Part shown: piece by piece, positions 30,776 through 39,592 of the stretch
How positions within the stretch are numbered: the first letter of the stretch is position 1
Layout of the letters: each line of letters starts with the position of its first letter
Assembly (NCBI GenBank): GCA_964536965.1
Contig: CAZIAL010000002.1
Coordinates: 72,326 to 136,325 of the forward strand
Length of the DNA: 64,000 bases
Direction: 5' to 3'
Source of the DNA: an uncultured Bacteriovoracaceae bacterium
GTDB lineage: Bacteria; Bdellovibrionota; UBA1018
The notes under the pieces: model-generated
What the model saw: only the letters and a program-made list of their open reading frames with translations
What the model was told of the DNA's origin: nothing
The model's database searches: none
Made by a program: the position numbers and the translations under genes

Positions 30776-31265
30776 AGGAGGCCCCCTGTCCGAGCATTTC
30801 TTCGATCTGTGTTTCGACGGAGCGAACGCGCGCCTTCTCGAGTTCGGCCCGCGGAAGCGACGCGACGAGGCGCTCGCAAAAGACCCGCGCCAGTGATTCC
30901 GTGGTGATGTTGTCCACGGGAAGAAGTACGACTTCATCGGCTGGGAAAACATACCGCTTTCCGCAGATTTCAGTTTCGAAGTCCCGCGGTCCCTGACCGA
31001 GGATTTTTCCGAACGGGTTCTTTTCGGCGAGGAGAATTTTCTCGTCCCACTCCCGACAGATCCGGCGCATCGCTGTTTTCAGCTCGGAGAAGGGGAGCAT
31101 CGTTTCGAGCGAGTGCATCTCGAACTCAACCTTCACGACGGTCCGGTAATTATGCCCATGAAGGTTTTCTTTGGTGCCGTCCGGAAAGACGGTGAGGTGA
31201 GCCGCTGAAAACTTCAGCGCTTCCTTCCGGATCTGAATTCTGAAAAAGCCCTTAAATTCCGACAT
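30759..31265 (-). CDS. 6-pyruvoyl-tetrahydropterin / 6-carboxytetrahydropterin synthase family protein
   Basis: 168 aa. FSAAHLTV...LHGHNYR zinc-ligand pattern typical of PTPS/QueD. Confidence 0.8.
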   Translation of the reverse strand: MSEFKGFFRIQIRKEALKFSAAHLTVFPDGTKENLHGHNYRTVVKVEFEMHSLETMLPFSELKTAMRRICREWDEKILLAEKNPFGKILGQGPRDFETEICGKRYVFPADEVVLLPVDNITTESLARVFCERLVASLPRAELEKARVRSVETQIEEMLGQGASYVVEL

Positions 31266-31350
31266 TTTTTACTGCCCTGCAGGTAACGCACTTTGTTAGC
31301 GATTTGAAGACCTTTTTTTGGTAGGGTCCCGGCCAGCCCGATTAAACTCC

Positions 31351-32142
31351 ATGAAATCACGAGAATTATCCCCCATACTTCCGACTTCTTTGCGCGATCG
31401 GGTGGCCCTGGTCACGGGAAGCGGACGCGGAATCGGTGCGGCCACCGCGGAGGCGCTCGCGGAACGCGGGGCGCGGGTCTACCTCTGCAGTCGGACGGCA
31501 TCGGAAGTCGAAGGGGTCATCTCACGGCTCCAAACTCGATTCGGTTCGGAACGCATTCAGGGAAAATCGATCGACCTTGCGAATCCGGACTCCTTGGTTC
31601 GCCTCTTTGACCAGGTTGAGGAATCGTTCGGGGAGTGCGCGCGAATTCTCGTCAACAACGCGGCCGTCGGTTACGTCACGGACTTTCTGGAAACCTCGTC
31701 GTCGCGAATGTTGGAGATCTGGGAAGAAATCCAGAAGATCAACATGCGCGCTCCCTACCTTCTCTCCCATGAGTTCATGCGCCGTATTGCCGCCGCATCC
31801 GCAACTGCCGATGACCGTGGCGGAGCCATCGTGAATATCGGTTCGCTCGGCGGAATCCGCGGAACTGAAAAGTTTCCGGGTCTTTCCGCCTACGTCGCCT
31901 CCAAATTCGCCGTCGCCGGAATGACGGAAGCGCTCGCAGTCGAAGGTAAGCCCATCGGCGTTCGCGTCAACGCGGTTGCGCCGGGTGCGGTCGCCACCGA
32001 AATGCTGCGAAAGGCGGCACCCCACCTGCGAACGGAGACGACGCCGGCCGACGTGGCTAAAATCATCGCCTACCTTTGCGACTCCCAGGAATCCGGCGCC
32101 CTTTCCGGTACGATTCTCGAGATTCACTCGAATCTCGAATAA
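31351..32142 (+). CDS. short-chain dehydrogenase/reductase (SDR)
   Basis: The ATG at 31351 gives MKSRELS.... TGSGRGIG cofactor loop, NNAA, YVASK (YxxxK) catalytic motif. Confidence 0.85.
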   Translation: MKSRELSPILPTSLRDRVALVTGSGRGIGAATAEALAERGARVYLCSRTASEVEGVISRLQTRFGSERIQGKSIDLANPDSLVRLFDQVEESFGECARILVNNAAVGYVTDFLETSSSRMLEIWEEIQKINMRAPYLLSHEFMRRIAAASATADDRGGAIVNIGSLGGIRGTEKFPGLSAYVASKFAVAGMTEALAVEGKPIGVRVNAVAPGAVATEMLRKAAPHLRTETTPADVAKIIAYLCDSQESGALSGTILEIHSNLE

Positions 32143-32149
32143 GGAATTT

Positions 32150-32767
32150 ATGGCCTACGATCCAAAGGACTATTTTTACCGAAAAGCGAAGGAAGAGAAC
32201 TACGCCGCGCGATCGGTCTTTAAAATTCAGGAAATTGACCAGCGTCTGCGCATTTTCAAACCCGGAATGAAAGTGCTCGATCTCGGCGCGGCTCCCGGGT
32301 CCTGGTCCCAGTACGCATCCGAAAAAGTGGGGCCCCATGGACGCGTGCTCGGAATCGACATCCAACCAATTAAAATCACCCTCCCCAACGCGCTCTTTCT
32401 TACCGCCGATATGCGCGAACTCGATCTCGCGAAAACGATGGCGGATAACGGAGTGAAACCGCCATTTGATCTCGTCCTTTCGGACATGGCTCCGAAGACG
32501 ACCGGCTACCGGCTCCAGGATCAGATGCGATCGTTGGAACTCTGTGAACTCGCCGTCCGCACTTCCGAACGCTTTCTCAGACCCGGGGGCGGATTCGTCT
32601 GTAAACTATTTCACAGCGACGAGTTCGAGAAATTTCGGGGCAATCTCCGCGAAATCTTCGCCAAGATCGACATCATCAAGCCAAAGAGCGTGCGTGAAGG
32701 ATCGAAAGAGATTTTCTTCGTCGCCCGCGGCTTTCGCCCGCGGACGACGATAAAGTCGGAGGACTGA
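32150..32767 (+). CDS. rlmE: 23S rRNA (uridine2552-2'-O)-methyltransferase RlmE/FtsJ
   Basis: The ATG at 32150 gives MAYDPKDYFYRKAKEENYAARSVFKIQEID. SAM motif VLDLGAAPGSWSQ, then DLVLSDMAP, FVCKLF and KPKSVREGSKEIF. Confidence 0.92.
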   Translation: MAYDPKDYFYRKAKEENYAARSVFKIQEIDQRLRIFKPGMKVLDLGAAPGSWSQYASEKVGPHGRVLGIDIQPIKITLPNALFLTADMRELDLAKTMADNGVKPPFDLVLSDMAPKTTGYRLQDQMRSLELCELAVRTSERFLRPGGGFVCKLFHSDEFEKFRGNLREIFAKIDIIKPKSVREGSKEIFFVARGFRPRTTIKSED

Positions 32768-32792
32768 TTCCAGCGGTATCAACCGCGAGCAA

Positions 32793-33800
32793 TCAGTTAT
32801 AACAAGGTTTGAATTCACGCATGAGCTGGCCGATGTAGCCGCCGTAGGCGTGGTGGAATTCGTTGAAGTAGGTCGAAATCTTCATTCCCGGACCCGGGTA
32901 GATGCGGCCGTCGAACTTCATCGTCTCGGCCTTCTGGTCGATGAGTTGGGTCACGAGCATGTCCATCGCGCAGCGAATATGGGCCACGGGCTTGCGCACC
33001 TCTTTTAGAGGGAGCAGACAATGGGGCGCGAATCGACGATTCGACTTACGCAGCGATTCGCTTCGCTCGAGCTGGTACATGCCGAACGCGTAGTTTCCCG
33101 TGACGTCGCGATGGTCCTTTACGTCATTGTTGCAGCCGGATTCGATTCCGGCGATGGAGGCCATGGTCCAGACCCAGAACTTCTTCTTCATATCGTGGTC
33201 GAATTTCGACCAGTTCGGGCAAACGCGAGGAGCGCTCTCCATGCCGAGAATTTCGTTCGAGAGAAAAACGGGCGAGAGAGACTCCTCGATGTAGGTCTTT
33301 ACGATCCGACCGTAGGAACCGTACTCGCCTTCGGCATCCAGGAAGAGATTGCACTTCGGCCAGGCCGACTTTAGGCCGCCCTGGGGGGATAATTTAAAGC
33401 GCACGGGATGAACTTCGCGAGCCCGCTTCTGTTTCGGTGCGGGTGTTTTCGGTTCGATCGCCGACGTGGATTTACCGCCGCTTTGTTGTTCCATCGCCTC
33501 GATGACGAAGTCTTCTTCCTCGATCGCGACCTTGCTTTCGCGCTCGCGAAGCGCGCGAAAATCTTCGGCGGTCATCGAGATGTCCGACATGTCCAGGGGA
33601 GCTTCTTCGATATGTTCCAGATCGGCGTTCCGCTCCGCTTCGGTGATCGCGGCGAATCCGGAGCTCTGGCCGTCGCGCTGGGCGGGAGAGTTCTGCTTTA
33701 GATCGTTCGCGTCTCCGCGCACGAGCGAGGTCAGGCTGATCGCGGTAATCGAAAGAAGGACGGGTAGGCCCCTAAGGGATCTAAAATCGAATTTTTTCAT
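32793..33800 (-). CDS. secreted hypothetical protein with possible lytic-transglycosylase (SLT-like) core
   Basis: The ATG at 33800 gives the signal peptide MKKFDFRSLRGLPVLLSITAISLTSLV. IAGIESGCNND...GNYAFGMYQL resembles the SLT E-S...G-L-M-Q catalytic pattern. The assignment is tentative. Confidence 0.45.
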   Translation of the reverse strand: MKKFDFRSLRGLPVLLSITAISLTSLVRGDANDLKQNSPAQRDGQSSGFAAITEAERNADLEHIEEAPLDMSDISMTAEDFRALRERESKVAIEEEDFVIEAMEQQSGGKSTSAIEPKTPAPKQKRAREVHPVRFKLSPQGGLKSAWPKCNLFLDAEGEYGSYGRIVKTYIEESLSPVFLSNEILGMESAPRVCPNWSKFDHDMKKKFWVWTMASIAGIESGCNNDVKDHRDVTGNYAFGMYQLERSESLRKSNRRFAPHCLLPLKEVRKPVAHIRCAMDMLVTQLIDQKAETMKFDGRIYPGPGMKISTYFNEFHHAYGGYIGQLMREFKPCYN

Positions 33801-33922
33801 GGCGGCAAGACACTCCTGAAGCGGGGGTGGAGACACAGGGAACCGGACCTACCTTTTGCACGAGTTAGACCATCCAGGGGCGGCAAATTCTCTATTCTTT
33901 ACGCAGGAAGGGAGGTCGGGAC

Positions 33923-33941
33923 CTGTCGAAGATTTCGACAG
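33923..33941. promoter_or_regulatory. 8-bp perfect inverted repeat CTGTCGAA-GAT-TTCGACAG in a divergent intergenic region
   Basis: Read directly. Lies between the minus-strand gene start (33800) and the plus-strand gene start (33983). Candidate operator. Confidence 0.25.
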
Positions 33942-33982
33942 ATGTCTTTCCTTTGCGGGAGGCTTCGAGTTTAGATGGAAGC

Positions 33983-34657
33983 ATGTATGTTTACTCGAAT
34001 TTAGCGACCAGTCTCGATGGAAAGATCGCGACGACCGGACGGGAATTTCTGATCCTCGGATCTCCGGATGATATCCGTCTTTTGCGTAAGCTCCGGAGCG
34101 AAGCCGATGCCGTCGTCTACGGCGCAGAGGTGCTCCGAGCGTTTCGCCGGGCTTGTCTGCCGCTGAATCCGAAGCATCGACTTACGAACGCGGTACTGAG
34201 TCGCACCCTGGCCGGGATTGATCCCGAATGGCCTTTTTTCAGGGACCCGCGCATCGATCGTATTCTTTATGTGACGGGAGCGGTTCCGGCCGCCCGGCGC
34301 CGCCGCTTCGCCGAGACGTGCACTCTCGTTAAAGTTTCCGCGAGGGATCCCGCGCGCGACATTCTCCGGGACCTGCGTCGGCGCAAATTCACGCATGTCG
34401 GTGTCGAGGGTGGCGGCGCGGTGATGTGGGAGTTCGTCGCGCTCAACGCGATCGACCGCTACTACCTCACGCTGACGCCCCGACTGCTTGGCGGACGGTA
34501 CGCGCCCACGCTCGTCGACGGGCCGGGATTCAGCCCGGATCGGGTTCTGAACGTACGGCTCGAGACCGTAAAGAAGCGAGGTTCAGAACTGTTCTTAACG
34601 TATGTTCCGGTAAAGGGGCGCGGCCGGAGGCACCCCGAGATCTCCGGCAAATCCTAG
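33983..34657 (+). CDS. RibD C-terminal-domain-like (dihydrofolate-reductase-fold) reductase
   Basis: The ATG at 33983 gives MYVYSNLATSLDGKIAT.... Also ADAVVYGAEVLRAF, VGVEGGGAVMWEF and YLTLTPRLLGG. This is the RibD_C pattern without a deaminase domain. Confidence 0.75.
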   Translation: MYVYSNLATSLDGKIATTGREFLILGSPDDIRLLRKLRSEADAVVYGAEVLRAFRRACLPLNPKHRLTNAVLSRTLAGIDPEWPFFRDPRIDRILYVTGAVPAARRRRFAETCTLVKVSARDPARDILRDLRRRKFTHVGVEGGGAVMWEFVALNAIDRYYLTLTPRLLGGRYAPTLVDGPGFSPDRVLNVRLETVKKRGSELFLTYVPVKGRGRRHPEISGKS

Positions 34658-34668
34658 AAGGAGCCCTT

Positions 34669-34881
34669 TTAGCGGATTTCCGTGGGAGCCGGACAACCGG
34701 GACAAGGTGCGGCGATCGCCTTGGTATAGAAGGTCCAGAGCGTAAATACCGACTTCCGAAGCCCCGTCGCCATGATCGTGACGAGGGAAATCGTGATTGC
34801 GATCAGAAGGACATACTCGATCAGGGCCTGGCCCGCTTCGGAAGCATGGAGGTTGGTTTGTTGGTCTTCGCCCTTTCGCAT
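34669..34881 (-). CDS. flp: Flp/Fap-family type IVb pilin
   Basis: 70 aa. The class III leader motif G-xxxx-EY (EAGQALIEYVLLIAITISLV) is followed by a hydrophobic helix. Unusual C-terminal CPGC motif. Confidence 0.7.
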   Translation of the reverse strand: MRKGEDQQTNLHASEAGQALIEYVLLIAITISLVTIMATGLRKSVFTLWTFYTKAIAAPCPGCPAPTEIR

Positions 34882-34911
34882 CTTCTCTATTTTCGGTTAG
34901 GATCGGTGTGA

Positions 34912-35529
34912 ATGGCAAATGATTCTCAACCTGCCGGAACCCCTGGGAAAAAGCTCTCGGTCGCGAGCGTGCTGGTACCCGTAGCGGGCATTCTAGCGGT
35001 GACCCTCCTGGCCCTGGGTTACATCCGGGCCCGCGAAAACGAGCATCCCAGTGGAGACGGTCATTCCCATGAGGGAGCCATTCGCAGGAAAGTCGGAGAA
35101 AAAATTCCGGATCTCACCTTAAGGACCCTAGACGGGCAGGCGGTGAAACTTTCCGAGATCAAGGGAAAGGTCATTCTCCTGAACTTCTGGGCGACCTGGT
35201 GTCCGCCGTGCGTGCTCGAAATGCCGTCGTTGCAGAAACTATCCACGGAATACGGTCCGAAGGGACTTGCCGTCGTCGGACTGAATTTGGATGAGAACCC
35301 AGAAGAAGTGCTCTCGCCGTTTCTGAAAAAACATTCGATCGAATTCCAAATGTTCGTGGATCCCAAAGGCGAAGTCGCCGACCGGTTTACGATCTCCGGC
35401 CTGCCCCTGACGATCGTCGTCGACGCGAAGCAGACCCTGCTGCTCGAGCAACTGGGCGACGAGGACTGGTTCGCGCCAGCCTTCCGCGCGCAGTTCGAGA
35501 AGTGGCTCGGGGAGGTCGATGCCGGATGA
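34912..35529 (+). CDS. membrane-anchored TlpA/ResA-like thiol:disulfide oxidoreductase
   Basis: 205 aa. N-terminal TM anchor and a thioredoxin fold with LNFWATWCPPC active site. Confidence 0.85.
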   Translation: MANDSQPAGTPGKKLSVASVLVPVAGILAVTLLALGYIRARENEHPSGDGHSHEGAIRRKVGEKIPDLTLRTLDGQAVKLSEIKGKVILLNFWATWCPPCVLEMPSLQKLSTEYGPKGLAVVGLNLDENPEEVLSPFLKKHSIEFQMFVDPKGEVADRFTISGLPLTIVVDAKQTLLLEQLGDEDWFAPAFRAQFEKWLGEVDAG

Positions 35530-36230
35530 CGTTGCCGCTTTTTCTGACTCCTCGACTTAAATATCCGGCGGGTGCGGCTCTTTTCGTCATCGCGCTGGTC
35601 ATGTACTCGACGACGAATCATTTTCCGATCTTCACTCCGCGGGAACTCCCGATGTTCGCCATGGACGACGCCATACCGTTTGTTCCATGGACGGTCCTCA
35701 TCTATGTGAGCGAATACTTTTTTTTCATCGCGATCTACCTCACCTGCCGGGACATGGTAAATCTAAACAAGTATCTCTATTCTTTCCTGGCGACCCAGGG
35801 ATTCAGCTGCTTGATTTTTTTTCTATGGCCGACGACTTTTCCGCGCCATCTTTTCCCGATCCCGGACGGGACCCATCCGCTGATCGCGGGGGTTTGGACA
35901 TGGCTCCGTGAAGCGGACGCACCGACGAACTGTTTTCCGTCTCTCCACGTCTCCACCGTGTATCTATCGGCCTATATCTTCCTCGATGAACAGCGGGAGA
36001 AGTTTCCTCTTTTCATCGTATGGGGAACTCTCATCGCGCTTTCGACGCTCCCGACGAAACAGCATTACGCGATCGATATCGTCGCGGGATGGCTTCTGAG
36101 CGTGGTGGCTTACTGGTACTTCCATCGAAAGGCGAAGTATCGTCCGGTCGTCCTATTCGGAGAAAGCCCCGCCGCGCAGTTCGCGACCAGCCGTGCGGTC
36201 GTTTCGGACGATCACCAGGCGAATCGATAG
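35526..36230 (+). CDS. PAP2-superfamily membrane protein (IPC/sphingomyelin-synthase-like C-terminal motifs)
   Basis: The ATG at 35526 overlaps the upstream stop (ATGA). Multi-pass membrane protein with FPSLHVS and TKQHYAIDIVAG (PAP2 C2/C3-like motifs). Confidence 0.7.
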   Translation: MTLPLFLTPRLKYPAGAALFVIALVMYSTTNHFPIFTPRELPMFAMDDAIPFVPWTVLIYVSEYFFFIAIYLTCRDMVNLNKYLYSFLATQGFSCLIFFLWPTTFPRHLFPIPDGTHPLIAGVWTWLREADAPTNCFPSLHVSTVYLSAYIFLDEQREKFPLFIVWGTLIALSTLPTKQHYAIDIVAGWLLSVVAYWYFHRKAKYRPVVLFGESPAAQFATSRAVVSDDHQANR

Positions 36231-37483
36231 TAGAGTTCCTCGAACTTCGCAAAGGGCAGGACGAAGAAGTCCGCGTCCTTTCCGACCTCGAGCGATCCCT
36301 TACGTTCGTGGAGGCCGAGCGCGCGCGCGGCGTTGTACGTCGATGCCGCGAATAGTTCCGCTCGCGACAACCCCAGATAGAGAGCCGAAATCGTGAGGAC
36401 GGCCGGTAGATTTAACGTCATGGAGGTTCCCGGGTTGAAGTCCGTGGAGATCGCCACCCGCGCGCCGGCTTCCAAGAGCTTGCGGGCGGGTGCGTGCGGT
36501 GCCTTCAGGTAAAACGCCGTCCCCGGAAGGAGCACGGCCGTGGTCTCTGAGTTCGCGAGCGCGCGAATTCCATCCTCCGAAATCTTCAGCAGGTGGTCGG
36601 CCGACAGCGCGCCGATATCGGCCGCGAATGCCGAAGCGCCGGTGTCCACCAGCTCGTCCGCGTGGACTTTCACCTTCAGCGCGTGAATTTTGGCGCGCTC
36701 GAGAATTCTTCGCGCCTCCTCGATGGTGTAATATCCCTCGTCGATGAACACGTCGCAGGCTTTCGCGAGGTCGGCGTTGGCCACGGTCGGGAGCATCCGT
36801 TCGAGGAGCTCCTGCATATAGTCTTCTCGCGAACGCTCCTTCGGAAAATCATGGGCCCCGAGGAAAGTCGGAATGATCGTCATTTCCGGCGTGGCTTCTT
36901 GGAGAAGTTTCACCACACGAAGGACCTTCAGTTCTGTTTCGAAGTCGAGCCCGTAACCTGACTTCACTTCGATCGTGCGGATTCCGAAACGATGCGCCTC
37001 TTCGATTCGAGCGCGGCCCAGTCGAAAGAGTTCCTCTTCGCTCGCGGCGCGGGTCGCCCGGACGGTGGTCTGGATCCCGCCGCCAGCGGCGGCGATGGAT
37101 TCGTAAGTCGCGCCGCCGCAGCGAGCGGCGAACTCGCTCGCGCGATCGCCGGCGAAGACCAGGTGCGTATGACAGTCGATGAGGCCGGGGGTCACCGCGT
37201 GCTTTCGGTCCAGGTCGAAATTAGGAACATTTCGGTACTCGTCCGGAAGTTCGTCGCTTTTTCCGACCCAGAGCACTTGGTCGGCGACGACTTTCATTCC
37301 CGATTTTCCGGTCGCAAAATCCGCATAGGGCACGGTTTTCACCGAATAGGCCATCGCGCCGTCTTCGATCCGACCCAGATCGGTCTCCGCGGGACGGCGA
37401 CCGTCTTTTCGGCGAACCCCCTCACCCGTCAGGAGTTCGGAGGCGTGGAGAAGGACGTGGACTCGGTCCTGTGGATCGGACAT
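36212..37483 (-). CDS. hutI: imidazolonepropionase
   Basis: 423 aa amidohydrolase. GLIDCHTHLVFAG, KVHADE and TDFNPG motifs. hut operon context. Confidence 0.93.
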   Translation of the reverse strand: MSDPQDRVHVLLHASELLTGEGVRRKDGRRPAETDLGRIEDGAMAYSVKTVPYADFATGKSGMKVVADQVLWVGKSDELPDEYRNVPNFDLDRKHAVTPGLIDCHTHLVFAGDRASEFAARCGGATYESIAAAGGGIQTTVRATRAASEEELFRLGRARIEEAHRFGIRTIEVKSGYGLDFETELKVLRVVKLLQEATPEMTIIPTFLGAHDFPKERSREDYMQELLERMLPTVANADLAKACDVFIDEGYYTIEEARRILERAKIHALKVKVHADELVDTGASAFAADIGALSADHLLKISEDGIRALANSETTAVLLPGTAFYLKAPHAPARKLLEAGARVAISTDFNPGTSMTLNLPAVLTISALYLGLSRAELFAASTYNAARALGLHERKGSLEVGKDADFFVLPFAKFEELYYRFAW

Positions 37484-37486
37484 CGG

Positions 37487-37885
37487 CTACTTTTTCTCCG
37501 AAAAGGAGGTGCGCGTGCAGGCCATTTCGACTTCTTTGCCACGGAGGACCCGCGCGAAGGAGTTGCCGCCCATGAGCATGGTCATCTTCACCTGCGAGCG
37601 GCGATCCATTTTTAACTCGAGCAGGGATTTCTGGTCTTTGCGTGTGGCGAACTGGACGAAGGTCGTTTCCTGCTTCTCCGGAATCCGGGAAACGCCGGCG
37701 TAGAATTCGTCCGGCCGTGAACCTTGGTACCTGATGCGAATCACGTCCTCACCCACGGGATGGATCTGGAGCTTCTCGGGTGCCTTTCCCGGGAGTGTCA
37801 AGGTGCAGTCTTCGTAGGCGTGCGCAGGTAGGATTCCGAGGGCGAAAAGGGCGAGGCCGGACCGTAAAAGCGAGGCATTTCTCAT
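37487..37885 (-). CDS. small secreted hypothetical protein embedded in the hut operon
   Basis: The ATG at 37885 gives the signal peptide MRNASLLRSGLALFALGILPAHA. 132 aa with two Cys. Gaps are 16 nt after hutU and 3 nt before hutI. Confidence 0.5.
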   Translation of the reverse strand: MRNASLLRSGLALFALGILPAHAYEDCTLTLPGKAPEKLQIHPVGEDVIRIRYQGSRPDEFYAGVSRIPEKQETTFVQFATRKDQKSLLELKMDRRSQVKMTMLMGGNSFARVLRGKEVEMACTRTSFSEKK

Positions 37886-37901
37886 GGGGTTTTCTCCGGA
37901 A

Positions 37902-39572
37902 TTATTCGGGGAGCATCGGTATGCTGCCACCCCTGGTTTTAAAAGCCTTCTTTCCGATCTCGATCGACGTCGCGTACCCGGCGTCGGCGTGCCGAACGAT
38001 TCCCATCCCGGGGTCCGAGTTCAGCACGCGCGAAATCCGTTTTCCCGCCGCTTCCGTTCCATCAGCCAGGATGACGATTCCAGAATGCATCGAATACCCG
38101 ATTCCGACTCCGCCGCCGTGGTGGAGAGAAACCCAGGTCGCGCCGTTCACCGCGTTGATCATCGCGTTCAGGAGCGGCCAGTCGCCTACCGCGTCCGATC
38201 CGTCCTTCATCGCCTCGGTCTCGCGGTTCGGGCTCGCTACGGAACCGCAGTCCAGATGATCGCGCCCGATCACGATCGGCGCCTTCACCCTTCCGGTACG
38301 GACGAGGTCGTTGAAAAGCAGACCCGCTTTTTCGCGCTGTCCGTATCCGAGCCAGCAGATCCGCGCCGGGAGGCCCTGGAACTGGATGCGTTCCTCGGCC
38401 ATGTGGAGCCAGCGATGGAGTCCGCGGTCTTCGGGAAATAGGTCCATGAGCGCGCGGTCGGTCACGCGGATATCCTCGGGGTCCCCCGAGAGCGCGACCC
38501 AGCGAAACGGTCCGCGGCCTTCGCAGAACTGGGGCCGAATGTAGGCGGGGACGAAACCCGGAAAATCGAAGGCATTCTTCACGCCCGCTTTCATGGCTTG
38601 GGCGCGGATGTTGTTTCCGTAATCGAAAACGTGCGATCCCCGCTTCTTATACTCGAGCATCGCTTCCACATGGCGTCCCATCGAGGAGATGGCCATCGAC
38701 TTGTATTTTTCGGGATCCGCCGAACGAAGGGCAACCGCCGCCTCAAGCGACATTCCGTGCGGAACATAGCCCGTCAGTTCGTCATGCGCCGAAGTCTGGT
38801 CGGTGACGAGGTCGGGCTTAAACCCTCGGTCGAGAAGTTCCCAAAGGACTTCGGCCGCGTTTCCGATCAGTCCGATGGAGAGGGCTTGCTTCGCTTGCTT
38901 GGCCTTTTCGACGCGAGCGAGCGCATTTTCGAGCGAGTCCGCGAGAACATCCAGATACTTCGTTTCCAGTCGTTTCCGCGCGCGCGCCGGATCGACTTCG
39001 ATATTCAGGCTCACCAGTCCGGCGAATGTCGCCGCGAGAGGTTGCGCCCCGCCCATGCCCCCTAAGCCGGCGGTGAGGAGCACGCGACCCGCGAGGTCGC
39101 CCCCGAAATGTTGGCGACCCGCTTCGGCGAACGTCTCGTAGGTCCCCTGTACGATGCCTTGGGTCCCGATGTAAATCCACGAACCGGCCGTCATCTGGCC
39201 GTACATCATCAGTCCCTGGGCTTCGAGCTCACGGAAGTAATCTCCGGTCGCCCATTTCGGTACGATCCAGGAATTCGCGATCAGAACGCGAGGAGCGTCG
39301 GCGTGCGAAGGGAAGACGGCCACGGGTTTGCCGGACTGGACGAGGAGGGTCTGGTCTCCGCGCAGTGTTTTTAAGGTATCTACGATCGCCTCGAAACAGT
39401 CCCAGTTCCGAGCTGCTTTTCCGTTTCCGCCGTAAACCACGAGTTCGGCCGGATTCTCCGCGACGTCGGGGTCTAAGTTGTTCATGAGCATCCGGAGCGC
39501 GGCTTCCTGTTCCCAACCGAGGCAGGTGAGCGTGGTACCGCGAGCGGCGCGAACAGTGCGGGGACTCTTCAT
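37902..39572 (-). CDS. hutU: urocanate hydratase
   Basis: The ATG at 39572 is preceded by AAGGAG and gives [29 protein letters not shown].... Length is ~556 aa. [13 protein letters not shown] loop. The ORF-track N-terminal extension is Arg-rich and overlaps hutH. Confidence 0.95.
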   Translation of the reverse strand: MKSPRTVRAARGTTLTCLGWEQEAALRMLMNNLDPDVAENPAELVVYGGNGKAARNWDCFEAIVDTLKTLRGDQTLLVQSGKPVAVFPSHADAPRVLIANSWIVPKWATGDYFRELEAQGLMMYGQMTAGSWIYIGTQGIVQGTYETFAEAGRQHFGGDLAGRVLLTAGLGGMGGAQPLAATFAGLVSLNIEVDPARARKRLETKYLDVLADSLENALARVEKAKQAKQALSIGLIGNAAEVLWELLDRGFKPDLVTDQTSAHDELTGYVPHGMSLEAAVALRSADPEKYKSMAISSMGRHVEAMLEYKKRGSHVFDYGNNIRAQAMKAGVKNAFDFPGFVPAYIRPQFCEGRGPFRWVALSGDPEDIRVTDRALMDLFPEDRGLHRWLHMAEERIQFQGLPARICWLGYGQREKAGLLFNDLVRTGRVKAPIVIGRDHLDCGSVASPNRETEAMKDGSDAVGDWPLLNAMINAVNGATWVSLHHGGGVGIGYSMHSGIVILADGTEAAGKRISRVLNSDPGMGIVRHADAGYATSIEIGKKAFKTRGGSIPMLPE

Positions 39573-39592
39573 GGGGGCAACTCCTTCGGGGA

